A stretch of 54,993 nt of DNA, from the IMG/VR virus record IMGVR_UViG_3300045977_000377, positions 1-54,993 of that record, one strand, 5' to 3'. The notes beneath the pieces are model-generated. The model was given only the letters and a program-made list of their open reading frames with translations, was not told the origin of the DNA and did not search any database. The first letter of the stretch is position 1. Every line of letters starts with the position of its first letter. The DNA comes from a virus. Its lineage: Duplodnaviria; Caudoviricetes. A program made the position numbers and the translations under genes. Below, in pieces: positions 28,476-36,705 of the stretch.

Positions 28476-29344
28476 TAGGCGGCCGCCTTGATAGTCGAGA
28501 TCAGCGAATCGACCGACACAAACGACTTGGCTCCGGCGCCGTGAACGATGATTGCTATCGACTTCCGACCGTCGGCCGAACCATGGGCGCCATCGCACAA
28601 CCTGCAGGCAGAGCACACAGACTTGTGATTGCCCTCGGGAGTAGCGGGACAGATGATTTCACCGGGGAGTAGCGCTTGATCGGCCGTACGGCATCTGAAC
28701 GCGCGCCACCCCATACGGCGCGCCTCCGCATACTCCGCAGGGGTGTCGACAGATGCCATCACATACGGCCGATACTTCTGATACTCGGGCTGTTTCCACT
28801 GATGGGTATACCCTGTCCACCCACTGGAGACGGCCGTTATCGCCTGCAGGATGTCGACGGGAATCAGGACAGGTTCGCCGTACGCGCCCCACCTGATTTT
28901 CTTTCCCTCGAAAACGGCCCTGTATCCGTCGGCCGTCAGATGTTCATAGCGCCCGCGTTTATAGGCTTTCCATACTCCCGTCGGTGCTTTCCCCACTTGG
29001 ACATAGCAGGTGCGCTTGGACCGTTTAGACTTCAGAGTGATCAGACCGCCCCGGTGCTTGCAATCGAAACAAACGATATCGTCAAGACCGAGTTTCACCG
29101 CCTGTATCGGGCTGATGTCGCGCGGGAGAATCCATACCTGCAGCATCGGCCCTGTTTTCGGATTCTTAGACCGCAGCGTCACAATGACCACGATGTTTGC
29201 GTTCTCGAAGAGCACGTATCCAATCGTCGGCGGCCGTTTGACGGCGCGCCGTTTGGCGCATCGCGCCCGAGTATTGGAAGAACGGCGCGCCCGTTTGGCG
29301 GCCGCCTGTCGTTTGATCTGAGTTACTGCCTTGTGGTTTGTCAT
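28475..29344 (-). CDS. Cys-rich putative Fe-S protein (DUF7227-like phage family, from memory)
   Basis: SKNPKTGPMLQ, C-x2-C...CYV, RWGAYGEP, WTGYTHQW, MASVD, CPA...C-x2-C-x2-C, IIVHG. Confidence 0.7.
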   Translation of the reverse strand: MTNHKAVTQIKRQAAAKRARRSSNTRARCAKRRAVKRPPTIGYVLFENANIVVIVTLRSKNPKTGPMLQVWILPRDISPIQAVKLGLDDIVCFDCKHRGGLITLKSKRSKRTCYVQVGKAPTGVWKAYKRGRYEHLTADGYRAVFEGKKIRWGAYGEPVLIPVDILQAITAVSSGWTGYTHQWKQPEYQKYRPYVMASVDTPAEYAEARRMGWRAFRCRTADQALLPGEIICPATPEGNHKSVCSACRLCDGAHGSADGRKSIAIIVHGAGAKSFVSVDSLISTIKAAA

Positions 29345-29502
29345 AAGCCATAGGGTAACCGTGCGATTGACGGCCCTGCCTGTCACACTAGTAATAGGCG
29401 CCCGTGCCATGACGGCCGACGGCCGACGGCCGACGGGCGCCCGAGGGCGCCCCTGCAGGGCCGAAAACCGCGCGTTCGATGGCAGGCAGGGCAGGCAGGG
29501 GG

Positions 29503-29613
29503 TAACCCCTTTAGAATCAGCGCCGCGTTGATAGCAAAGGGCTTACCAAGTCCTTTAGAATCAACGCCGTGTAACCCCTTTGGAATCAGCGCCGACTGAT
29601 TCCAGGGGGGTTG
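29503..29613. repeat. right array of the same 19-bp motif (5 copies)
   Basis: copies at 29503(+), 29527(-), 29547(+), 29572(+), 29596(-). Confidence 0.85.
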
Positions 29614-29687
29614 CGCGGAGGGCATAGTGGGACCGTCCGGAGGGTGATCCTATTATTTTTCGACCTGGGAAAATTTCCAACTTTTTG

Positions 29688-29711
29688 ATTTCGGTTTTGG
29701 AAAACCGAAAT
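29688..29711. repeat. 11-bp perfect inverted repeat in an AT-rich tract
   Basis: ATTTCGGTTTT-GG-AAAACCGAAAT. Confidence 0.8.
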
Positions 29712-29757
29712 AGGTTTTATCTAAGTTAGAAAACCTGCCACTTACTCGGCCTCTGGC

Positions 29758-29985
29758 TTAGTAGCTCCTGGCCGGAGGCGGCTCCACCGGAACTTCCTTC
29801 TCGATCCGATAGAGGGCGACGTCGCGGCGCGTGTCGGTGGTCTCGTACACCAGCGTCAACTCGATCACCGGGCTCTTCGGGCAGGCGCGCGTTCTGAGCA
29901 CCACGGTGCGCTGCGGCGATTCGCCCGGCGCGACGGCGAAGGCGAACTGGACCGTCTGGCCCTTCCGGATGTACTCCCCGATCAC
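29758..29985 (-). CDS. hypothetical protein
   Basis: 75 aa, GTG start with GGAG RBS. Confidence 0.45.
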   Translation of the reverse strand: MIGEYIRKGQTVQFAFAVAPGESPQRTVVLRTRACPKSPVIELTLVYETTDTRRDVALYRIEKEVPVEPPPARSY

Positions 29986-30264
29986 AGAGAACTCCAGCCA
30001 GGATGCCCGGCGCGAGCGCCAGGATCGGCCAGGACGGCCCCGAGGCGGCCGGGAGGAGGTGAGGAGGCGGGCCGGAAAACCGCGCCTCCCCGAGCCCGAT
30101 CCGGCAGCGGCAGGCGACCGGCGCGGGAGATCGACGCCTCAAGGGCAAACAGGCAAACCCGAGATGACGTCGAAGCCTGCATTCTTGACCAATCCGAAAT
30201 CCGAAGGAGTTGGGTCGATGATACCGGCCAGCGAGGGCTCGCTGCAACGAGCGCTTCAGCACCA

Positions 30265-30292
30265 ATAAAAAAGCCCTCCCCGAAGGGAGGGC
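30265..30292 (-). terminator. intrinsic terminator
   Basis: GCCCTCCC-TTCG-GGGAGGGC followed by a T run. Confidence 0.85.
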
Positions 30293-30317
30293 CAAGAACC
30301 AACATGCCATTACCGCG

Positions 30318-30644
30318 CTACGAGTCTACCAGTTCCGCGAGATGCTGCGGGCCGTCGCGCCGGGCGGGCGTCAGCGTCACCATGTACGCGGCGCGCCGCA
30401 GGGCCTCGTGGATCTCGACGCCGCCGTACTCGGTGAACGTCTGCTGCCCGCCGCCGTGCTCCGGCGCGAACTCCTTGGTGACCTCGACCAGCCACGATTC
30501 GCTGACCAGCGTCAGCTTCACTTCGATGATGCGGTTTGCGCCCTTCTTCTTTCCTATCTCGCCGCACTGAACAAAATGAATACAGAACGTCTCGTGGCTG
30601 CACTCGCAGTCCTGGCCGCATCTTGGACAACGATGCGGCGTCAT
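30318..30644 (-). CDS. hypothetical Cys-rich protein
   Basis: 108 aa, ATGA coupling. Confidence 0.5.
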   Translation of the reverse strand: MTPHRCPRCGQDCECSHETFCIHFVQCGEIGKKKGANRIIEVKLTLVSESWLVEVTKEFAPEHGGGQQTFTEYGGVEIHEALRRAAYMVTLTPARRDGPQHLAELVDS

Positions 30645-30883
30645 GCGGTCGCCTCCGGCCGGTTGTCGACCACCAGCCCGCGCTCGGGGCCGTGTCCCTT
30701 GCGCCCGAGCACGAGCGAGTAGCGGCCGTCACCGGCCGATCCGGCCGTCGAGCAGGAGCAGCCCTTCTGGCCGCACAGAGCGCGTCTCACGCGCTTGTAG
30801 GTGGCGAGAGACACCGTCTGCCCCACCTGGACGGCGCGCACCGTGGCGCGCGTCCCGTGAAATTTGTTCGTCAGTTCGATCAT
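30641..30883 (-). CDS. hypothetical protein
   Basis: 80 aa; LTNKFHGT...RRALCG..GC.C. Confidence 0.55.
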   Translation of the reverse strand: MIELTNKFHGTRATVRAVQVGQTVSLATYKRVRRALCGQKGCSCSTAGSAGDGRYSLVLGRKGHGPERGLVVDNRPEATA

Positions 30884-31110
30884 GCGTCTTGTTCCTCGGA
30901 GACTACGTTGTTCTCGAATACCTCGGGCAGCATGCCGCCCTTGCGGTCCAAGAGATCCCGCACCTTCTCGCGCATCGTGCCGTAGGGCTTGTCGTCGCGC
31001 TCGGTCCAGTCCTGATAGTCGCCCTCGCCCCAGTGCGCGGCGCTCGCGATAGCGGCCATGCGGTTGATCAGGTCAAGCTCGTGCCGGGTGAATTGAATCC
31101 GCTTCGCCAT
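30880..31110 (-). CDS. hypothetical protein
   Basis: 76 aa, coupled operon. Confidence 0.55.
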   Translation of the reverse strand: MAKRIQFTRHELDLINRMAAIASAAHWGEGDYQDWTERDDKPYGTMREKVRDLLDRKGGMLPEVFENNVVSEEQDA

Positions 31111-31287
31111 CTACTGCTCCTCCCGGTTGAAGGCGTGATACTCCTCCTCGATCAATTCGAGGTCGGCCATCACCAGCCCATCGATGAACGCGGCGATGTC
31201 GCCGCGCGTGGCCTTCTTCCAGCCGTGGCGATACATGATGGCGGCCTTCATGTCATCGCTGATGTCGAACGTGACCTGGACCTTCAT
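31111..31287 (-). CDS. hypothetical protein (possible RHH)
   Basis: MKVQVTFDISDDMKAAI..., AAGGAG RBS. Confidence 0.5.
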   Translation of the reverse strand: MKVQVTFDISDDMKAAIMYRHGWKKATRGDIAAFIDGLVMADLELIEEEYHAFNREEQ

Positions 31288-31502
31288 GCGTTCTCCTTGG
31301 CCCGCTTCGCCATGCACTTCTGGCAGCGGCAGTTGTTGACCTTCGAGTTGTGCTTCGCCCAGTAGACGCCGCCCGTGTAGCTCTTGCGCTTCGAGCCGCG
31401 ACGGCGCGCGACCTCCGAGTGCAGGACGGCATCGGGGATGGTGGACATGTCGAAGCCCGGCGCGTACTCCATGGCGCCGGGCAGCTTGAAGGTGGCGGGC
31501 AT
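31284..31502 (-). CDS. small basic Zn-binding hypothetical protein
   Basis: MPATFKLPG...H...CRCQKC. Confidence 0.5.
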   Translation of the reverse strand: MPATFKLPGAMEYAPGFDMSTIPDAVLHSEVARRRGSKRKSYTGGVYWAKHNSKVNNCRCQKCMAKRAKENA

Positions 31503-31816
31503 CAGCGGCCCTCCTGGTTGATGTTCAAGCCGATCTTGCGCCACTCCTCGCAGACCGAGCAGGAGCAGCCCGAGCCCTTGAGGTTCCAATCGCGACCGGC
31601 GGCGAAGTCGGCCTTCGCGTGGCGACCGACGATTTCCTTCTCCTCGGCCGTCGAATACTCGCGGCTGACGTAGACCTTGCGGTCGACCGGGCGCGGAACC
31701 AGCCCTCTCGGCGCCCGCGTGATGGCGGCGCACAGATCGTGCGCCACCGCTGCGGTCTCGCCGTCGGTCAGCACGTTCGGCGTGTCGATGAAGTAGCTCA
31801 CTTTGTACCGGGGCAT
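31502..31816 (-). CDS. hypothetical protein
   Basis: MPRYKVSY..., CSCSVC, GGAGGG RBS. Confidence 0.5.
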   Translation of the reverse strand: MPRYKVSYFIDTPNVLTDGETAAVAHDLCAAITRAPRGLVPRPVDRKVYVSREYSTAEEKEIVGRHAKADFAAGRDWNLKGSGCSCSVCEEWRKIGLNINQEGR

Positions 31817-32037
31817 CAGCGTGCCCTCCTTCCCGTCGGCCCGAGCCCGCGCGCTGCGCGATGCCGGGCGACCCATTCGTAGTGCGCCATGGCGGCCGTC
31901 GGCGGCGAGGCCAGGACGCGGCCGCTCTCGACCACGATGGTCTTCTGGACCTCGTAGGGCGCGGCGACGAACGAGAACGGCTTGCGGCCGTTCTCCTCGT
32001 AGAGCTTCATCGCGGCGTCGTAGGTGATGGGCGTCAT
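31816..32037 (-). CDS. hypothetical protein
   Basis: MTPITYDAA..., TGATG coupling. Confidence 0.5.
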   Translation of the reverse strand: MTPITYDAAMKLYEENGRKPFSFVAAPYEVQKTIVVESGRVLASPPTAAMAHYEWVARHRAARGLGPTGRRAR

Positions 32038-32309
32038 CAGCGGCGGCTCCTCTCTGCCATCGCGTCGGAGCAGTGCTCCATCACTCGCTCGTATTCGGCC
32101 ATGAGGGCCTGGACGCGCTGCAGCCGGTCGAAGTGCTCGTCCTGCGCCCGCTCCATCGCGCCTGCGGCTTGCGGATAGTAGTCGCGCCCGTTGGGAGCAG
32201 CCTGCTGCATTTGGCGCATGGCCTCTTGCAGCGCGTTGTAGGCGGCTTCGGCTTGATCGTAGAGCGATTGGGCCGGTGTGCCGTTCAGGTGAACCGTCGG
32301 TAGGGTCAT
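32037..32309 (-). CDS. helical hypothetical protein, probably leaderless
   Basis: MTLPTVHLNGT...PNGRDYYPQ; TACACT -10 8 nt upstream. Confidence 0.6.
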   Translation of the reverse strand: MTLPTVHLNGTPAQSLYDQAEAAYNALQEAMRQMQQAAPNGRDYYPQAAGAMERAQDEHFDRLQRVQALMAEYERVMEHCSDAMAERSRR

Positions 32310-32317
32310 ACAGAACC

Positions 32318-32348
32318 AGTGTACCAGATGCAGGCATCTGCCAGATGC
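32318..32348 (-). promoter_or_regulatory. promoter -10 with palindromic operator CAGATGC-N2-GCATCTG
   Basis: same operator at 32662-32677. Confidence 0.65.
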
Positions 32349-32360
32349 GCGCATCAGAAA

Positions 32361-32388
32361 TAAAAAAGCCCGCCGGTTAGGGCGGGCT
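32361..32388 (-). terminator. intrinsic terminator
   Basis: AGCCCGCC-ctaacc-GGCGGGCT followed by a T run. Confidence 0.8.
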
Positions 32389-32443
32389 CGGGGCGGGCTC
32401 GGCGGCGCGCCGGTTTAGACCGGCTTCGTTGAAGCGGTCCTCA

Positions 32444-32647
32444 TCATATGCGGTCTGTCCTCTCGTCCATCGCTTGTGATTTGGTCTCATACGGCCCCGC
32501 AACGCGCTCGCGCCCCGCGAGGTCGATCTCCCGCACCGGAATCTGTTTGCCGCGCGGCCCGAGAACGAGATACCAGTCTCGCGTGCCCGCGAGGTTGCCG
32601 ACCGACCGTCGGAGCGGCCGCCGATTCGAGAATCTGCATGTCTTCAT
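32444..32647 (-). CDS. hypothetical protein, probably leaderless
   Basis: MKTCRFSN...AGPYETKSQA; TATAGT -10 7 nt upstream. Confidence 0.5.
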   Translation of the reverse strand: MKTCRFSNRRPLRRSVGNLAGTRDWYLVLGPRGKQIPVREIDLAGRERVAGPYETKSQAMDERTDRI

Positions 32648-32654
32648 GTCAACC

Positions 32655-32695
32655 ACTATAGCAGATGCAGGCATCTGCCAGCAACATGCATCTGC
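32655..32695 (-). promoter_or_regulatory. promoter -10 with palindromic operator (second copy)
   Basis: GCAGATGC-AG-GCATCTGC abutting TATAGT. Confidence 0.65.
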
Positions 32696-32697
32696 CA

Positions 32698-33243
32698 TCA
32701 GCGGATCGTCCGGATCAGCGCGGCGACAATCGGCCGCCGCCGGGAATCGTCGCGCCAATCCGGCGCGCGGCGGTAGCTCTCGTCTTCGATGCGCCGGTAT
32801 TCGATGATGGTCTCGCCGCCGTTCACTTTCCCCTGCCACATCTCCTGGCCCGCGTATGGCCCGAAGATGCCGGGGCCGGTGAGGATGTTCCTGTGCGGCC
32901 GCTCGGCCTGCCCGATGGAGAAGTCCCCGAACAACTCGTCGGTCGACGCGATGAGATGCCCGGCCCACTTGGCGTCCCGCGCTTTGCCGTAGCCGACGCC
33001 GACGGCCCACGAGCCGTCGCTGAAGTCGCCGTCGAACGGATCGGCCGAGCCGAGCTTCTCCTCGTACCTCCGGTTATAGACAACGGCGCGCACGGTGAGC
33101 GGCTGGACCTCGACGCCGAAGTACTCGCCCACATCGATGGCGACACGGGTCGCGATGATGCAGAGGTCGCGCCGACCGTAGAGCCGCTCCAGTCCCGGCG
33201 CGAGCAGCATCGAGAGCGCGCGGAAGAGTTCCTCGCCGGTCAT
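32698..33243 (-). CDS. hypothetical protein, possible transglutaminase/papain-like fold
   Basis: CIIATR...YFGVE...GHLI...DFS (Cys-His-Asp order). Confidence 0.5.
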   Translation of the reverse strand: MTGEELFRALSMLLAPGLERLYGRRDLCIIATRVAIDVGEYFGVEVQPLTVRAVVYNRRYEEKLGSADPFDGDFSDGSWAVGVGYGKARDAKWAGHLIASTDELFGDFSIGQAERPHRNILTGPGIFGPYAGQEMWQGKVNGGETIIEYRRIEDESYRRAPDWRDDSRRRPIVAALIRTIR

Positions 33244-33494
33244 CAATCGCCCAAGTCCACTTCCGATTCCTCGCACGGCTCGTATGCATCCGGCGCCACG
33301 ATGATCGGCGGCATCCCGGCGGCGATGCGGCGTTGGTTGAGCACGGCCATGCAGAGATCGCAGATCGGCTCACGGTCGCCTTCTGGATCGGCCTTGCCGT
33401 GCTTCATGCGGATGCTGGGAACCTTGTTCGGGTTGTAGCTAAAGATGAGTCGCCCGCATGTAGCGCAAGGCGAAGTCAGGCCGATATATCCCAT
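33243..33494 (-). CDS. Zn-finger protein
   Basis: CATC...FSYNP...REPICDLC. Confidence 0.55.
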   Translation of the reverse strand: MGYIGLTSPCATCGRLIFSYNPNKVPSIRMKHGKADPEGDREPICDLCMAVLNQRRIAAGMPPIIVAPDAYEPCEESEVDLGD

Positions 33495-33500
33495 CGTCGT

Positions 33501-33941
33501 TCACCCTTTCCGCCGCGCCTTCCGCTCACGCGCCGCCGCCACCTTCTCGACGGCGCGAATCGCCCGCCGCCCCGGAGCTTCGATCTCGCGGAGCCCGTGC
33601 GCGGCCGCCTCCGCGCCGCTCTTGAAGAGCGCGACGGTTCGCTTCGGAATCTTGAGAACCCGGTCGCACATCGCCGCGAAGCGGAGCGCGAGAAGCTCGT
33701 GCCCGCGCGGATTCCGGTCATGGCACTGCGCCCATCCGGTGCAGACGAAGTCCGTCGAGGTATGGCAGTAGAAGATCGACGGAGGCTGCTCGCCGGTCGG
33801 CTTGTCGTACTCGGTCAGCTTCTCGTACTCGTGCGCCATCCAGACGCCGGAGGGAACGTCGCGGCGGTACGGGCACGTCTCGCAGGGCTCGGTGCGGCAT
33901 TGTAGTTTGCTCACGGCTTCCTCTTCTTTCACGTTCGACAT
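33501..33941 (-). CDS. DUF6283-like Cys-rich protein
   Basis: PCETCPYRRDVPSGVW...EYEKL..YD...FYCH...CTGW. Confidence 0.7.
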   Translation of the reverse strand: MSNVKEEEAVSKLQCRTEPCETCPYRRDVPSGVWMAHEYEKLTEYDKPTGEQPPSIFYCHTSTDFVCTGWAQCHDRNPRGHELLALRFAAMCDRVLKIPKRTVALFKSGAEAAAHGLREIEAPGRRAIRAVEKVAAARERKARRKG

Positions 33942-34404
33942 TCACAACTCCGTTACCTCCAGGCCCGGCCCGAGCTTGTTCAGCCAGTTGGTCAGATTGG
34001 TGATCGGTTGGCCGAGAAACTTCTCCACGATGGGCGCGCACTCCACGATGGTCAGATCCTCATCCACGCCGACCCCCACCGTCATCTTCGGGTGACTGAT
34101 CCATAGTCGATGTAGCATCATTCAGCACGATACCCAAAACACCATCACCACCATCAGGAGCACGATCACTCTCGGGACCAGGAGATCGTTCGCCCGCTGC
34201 ATTCACTCCCGCTCCGCGTAGAGCCAGTCGACGCCGTCGGGAAACGAGTAGATCCAGACGTTCGTTTTTGGATTGCGGGCCGTGTTCCGCCGATGGTCCT
34301 CCTGCGTGTAGCCGTGCTCCTCCATCGCGTGCTCCTGCATCGCGATGAGCCCGCCGCCTTGGTGGCCGCAGATCATACAGGTCAGCTTATAAATCGCCAT
34401 ACGC

Positions 34405-34680
34405 TTATTGTTTTTTCCTGGTGAAGTCGACGGACTCGCGGGCCTCGCGTTCGGCGCCGGGCAATCTTTCGATGAGCAGGATCTCGTCCCGCGCGACTCC
34501 GAGCGCGCATACGTTGCAAACGATTTCCGCCTTCGGATATTTGCGGAGGATCTTCTGCCCCGAGGGATAAATGCCGACGCGCTCGCCGCAGCGGGCGCAG
34601 ACATGCGAGAAGTCGGCCTGCGGATGAACGCGCGTCATGAGATCGACGCGCATGACGAACAGTAACGGCGACTCGGACAT
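34405..34680 (-). CDS. Zn-finger protein
   Basis: CARCG...IYPSG...IVCNVC. Confidence 0.55.
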   Translation of the reverse strand: MSESPLLFVMRVDLMTRVHPQADFSHVCARCGERVGIYPSGQKILRKYPKAEIVCNVCALGVARDEILLIERLPGAEREARESVDFTRKKQ

Positions 34681-34688
34681 AGCTCGCC

Positions 34689-35612
34689 TTACACCTTCAC
34701 CTTGATCTCGCGCGCCGGAGCTTTGGTCCCCTTGGTTCCGCGAATCACCGACGGCGTCCAGACCAACTGGTGGTATTTGCCGAAGAGCCCGCGCCCTTCG
34801 CGATAGTCGCGGAAGTGCCCTCGGCAGATGTGAAGGGCCTTCGCGATGCCGACCTCGTTAGATCGCCCCTCCTGCCGCAGGATCTGCTTCAGCGGCTCGA
34901 TCACGAGCGTCTTGTAGGCGCAGGGCTCGACGCCGTGCCGCGCCTTGTATTTCTTCACCAGCGGCGCGGGCACGCGATTGTCGTCCAGCCGCACGTTCTT
35001 GCAGTGCAGGAAGCTGACGGCCAGGAAGCCGACGTTGAACCACGTCATCAGCTTCTGCATCATGTCCTGGTAGTGGCCGCCCGTGAACGATTGCATCCAC
35101 GGCCGGTCGACCAGCCTGCCCTCCGCGTCGACGGCAAAGAAGCACGGGCCGTGGCTCCCGTCGGCGGTGACGCCGAAGGGCCTGCAGTAGTCGATGAACA
35201 GTTCGCACCAGTAGATCCACTTCACGTTGTCGGGCACGCCTTCGCCCTTGAACTCGTTGCGCTCCATGGCGGCGAAGTACATGCCGCAGCGGCCGTTGGG
35301 CACGGGCTGAGTGGAGTCGCCCGCCTCCTTCGAGTGGATGATCTTGGGCAGGCGATGCTCGCACCAGAACTGCTTGTAGGGCGGCGCGAGGTTCGGGAAG
35401 TGGACGGAGAGATCCCAGTATTCCTGGTCGCTCGCCGTGTAGTAATAGTCGGACACGTTGTCGATCAGGAGCACCGGCAGATCGGGATTCTGCAGCGCTT
35501 GGTTGACGCGGAGCGTATGCTCCAGCCAGTGCTTCTCGTGTTGAGGCGCAATCCACATCGGCATCTGGACGCGGGCGCCGGGCGCGCGGAGATCATCGAT
35601 AAATCGGGGCAT
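34689..35612 (-). CDS. conserved phage protein with HxCRGH motif (paralogue 1)
   Basis: aligns by eye with 47832..48680. Confidence 0.7.
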   Translation of the reverse strand: MPRFIDDLRAPGARVQMPMWIAPQHEKHWLEHTLRVNQALQNPDLPVLLIDNVSDYYYTASDQEYWDLSVHFPNLAPPYKQFWCEHRLPKIIHSKEAGDSTQPVPNGRCGMYFAAMERNEFKGEGVPDNVKWIYWCELFIDYCRPFGVTADGSHGPCFFAVDAEGRLVDRPWMQSFTGGHYQDMMQKLMTWFNVGFLAVSFLHCKNVRLDDNRVPAPLVKKYKARHGVEPCAYKTLVIEPLKQILRQEGRSNEVGIAKALHICRGHFRDYREGRGLFGKYHQLVWTPSVIRGTKGTKAPAREIKVKV

Positions 35613-35990
35613 AGGGTTTCAGTTGGCGGCGACTTTGCAGCGCGGGCAGAACACGCGGCCGTTGAGCGCTCGGTGCAGATAGCCGACGGCGTGCGCGATG
35701 TGGCCGCAGTCGAGCATAATGACCGACTGCGGAGGATCGACGGACAACACGTTGACGTAAACGATTTCGCGATGGAACGGAGTGAAAGGCGGATTGAACC
35801 GAACGGTCATGCGGCCGAACCAGCCTCGGATTTCTTCTTCCGACATGGCGAGCCTCATTCGGTGGAGGCGAGTCCAGAGGGCCGTACCCAAGGAAGCGCG
35901 TGCCTCGCTTCCCCGGCGCAAAGGACTCGCCATAAAACGGAGAGACCAACGTCACCTCCCCCGAGATACCGCTGGCCTCTCCCATGAAGT

Positions 35991-36308
35991 TCACGCCGCG
36001 CCCCGGCGAGCGGACACAACGTGAACGGACTTGCGGTCATACGCATCGGGATCGAAGAATCGCGTCAGCGGCCGCGACGGATCTTTCCTGGCGATGCTGG
36101 TGTTCTGGAACTCGTTCCAGGCGTCGATGCCCTTCTGGGTGATGCGGAAGCCGCGCGCCGGAATGAACTCGATCCACTGCTGAATGAGCATCGACCGGAA
36201 CGGCCGCTGGTCGAACGCCTGCGCCTCCTCGATCCGCATGTGGTGGCGCGAGCCCATGTCCATGAAGGTTTGCAGCATGGGGAACTGGCGATTGGAGAGA
36301 CGGGTCAT
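35991..36308 (-). CDS. winged-helix-like hypothetical protein
   Basis: MTRLSNRQ...FRITQKGIDA. Confidence 0.5.
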   Translation of the reverse strand: MTRLSNRQFPMLQTFMDMGSRHHMRIEEAQAFDQRPFRSMLIQQWIEFIPARGFRITQKGIDAWNEFQNTSIARKDPSRPLTRFFDPDAYDRKSVHVVSARRGAA

Positions 36309-36499
36309 TGGAACTTCACCTCCAACTCGGAGTCGCGAGCGATGGCGTCGACATGGGGGTTGAAGCGCTCGCTGACGATCTTGATGCCGTCCTCCGTCGG
36401 GTGAATGACGCCGAGGACGCCGTGCTTCGGGTGGCAGATCTCGACCGGGCGCTCGTCCGCGATGCCCGGCTGGTATGCGGAGAACATGAGGCGCGTCAT
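36305..36499 (-). CDS. hypothetical protein (tandem paralogue A)
   Basis: EICHPKHGVLGVIHPTEDGIKIVS. Confidence 0.55.
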   Translation of the reverse strand: MTRLMFSAYQPGIADERPVEICHPKHGVLGVIHPTEDGIKIVSERFNPHVDAIARDSELEVKFQ

Positions 36500-36705
36500 A
36501 CGATGAACACCTCCAGCGCAGGCGGCTCGGTCGGATTGAGAGCGACGAGATTCTGGTCGAAGGCGTCGAGGTATTTCGAGACGATCCGGACGCCTCGCTC
36601 GGTCGGGTAGATCGCGCCAATCAGGCCGTGAACCGGATGGTGGATCTCGATCATCAACCCACGCTCCGGCTGGACGTTGTGGATCTTCGGCCAGAGGTGC
36701 GTCAT
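36496..36705 (-). CDS. hypothetical protein (tandem paralogue B)
   Basis: EIHHPVHGLIGAIYPTERGVRIVS. Confidence 0.55.
   Translation of the reverse strand: MTHLWPKIHNVQPERGLMIEIHHPVHGLIGAIYPTERGVRIVSKYLDAFDQNLVALNPTEPPALEVFIV

Noticed and set aside
30140-30180. c-di-GMP-I riboswitch (GGGCAAAC...GACG..AAGCC)
   Set aside because: The P2 stem, GNRA loop and receptor cannot be built, and the element is on the non-coding strand.
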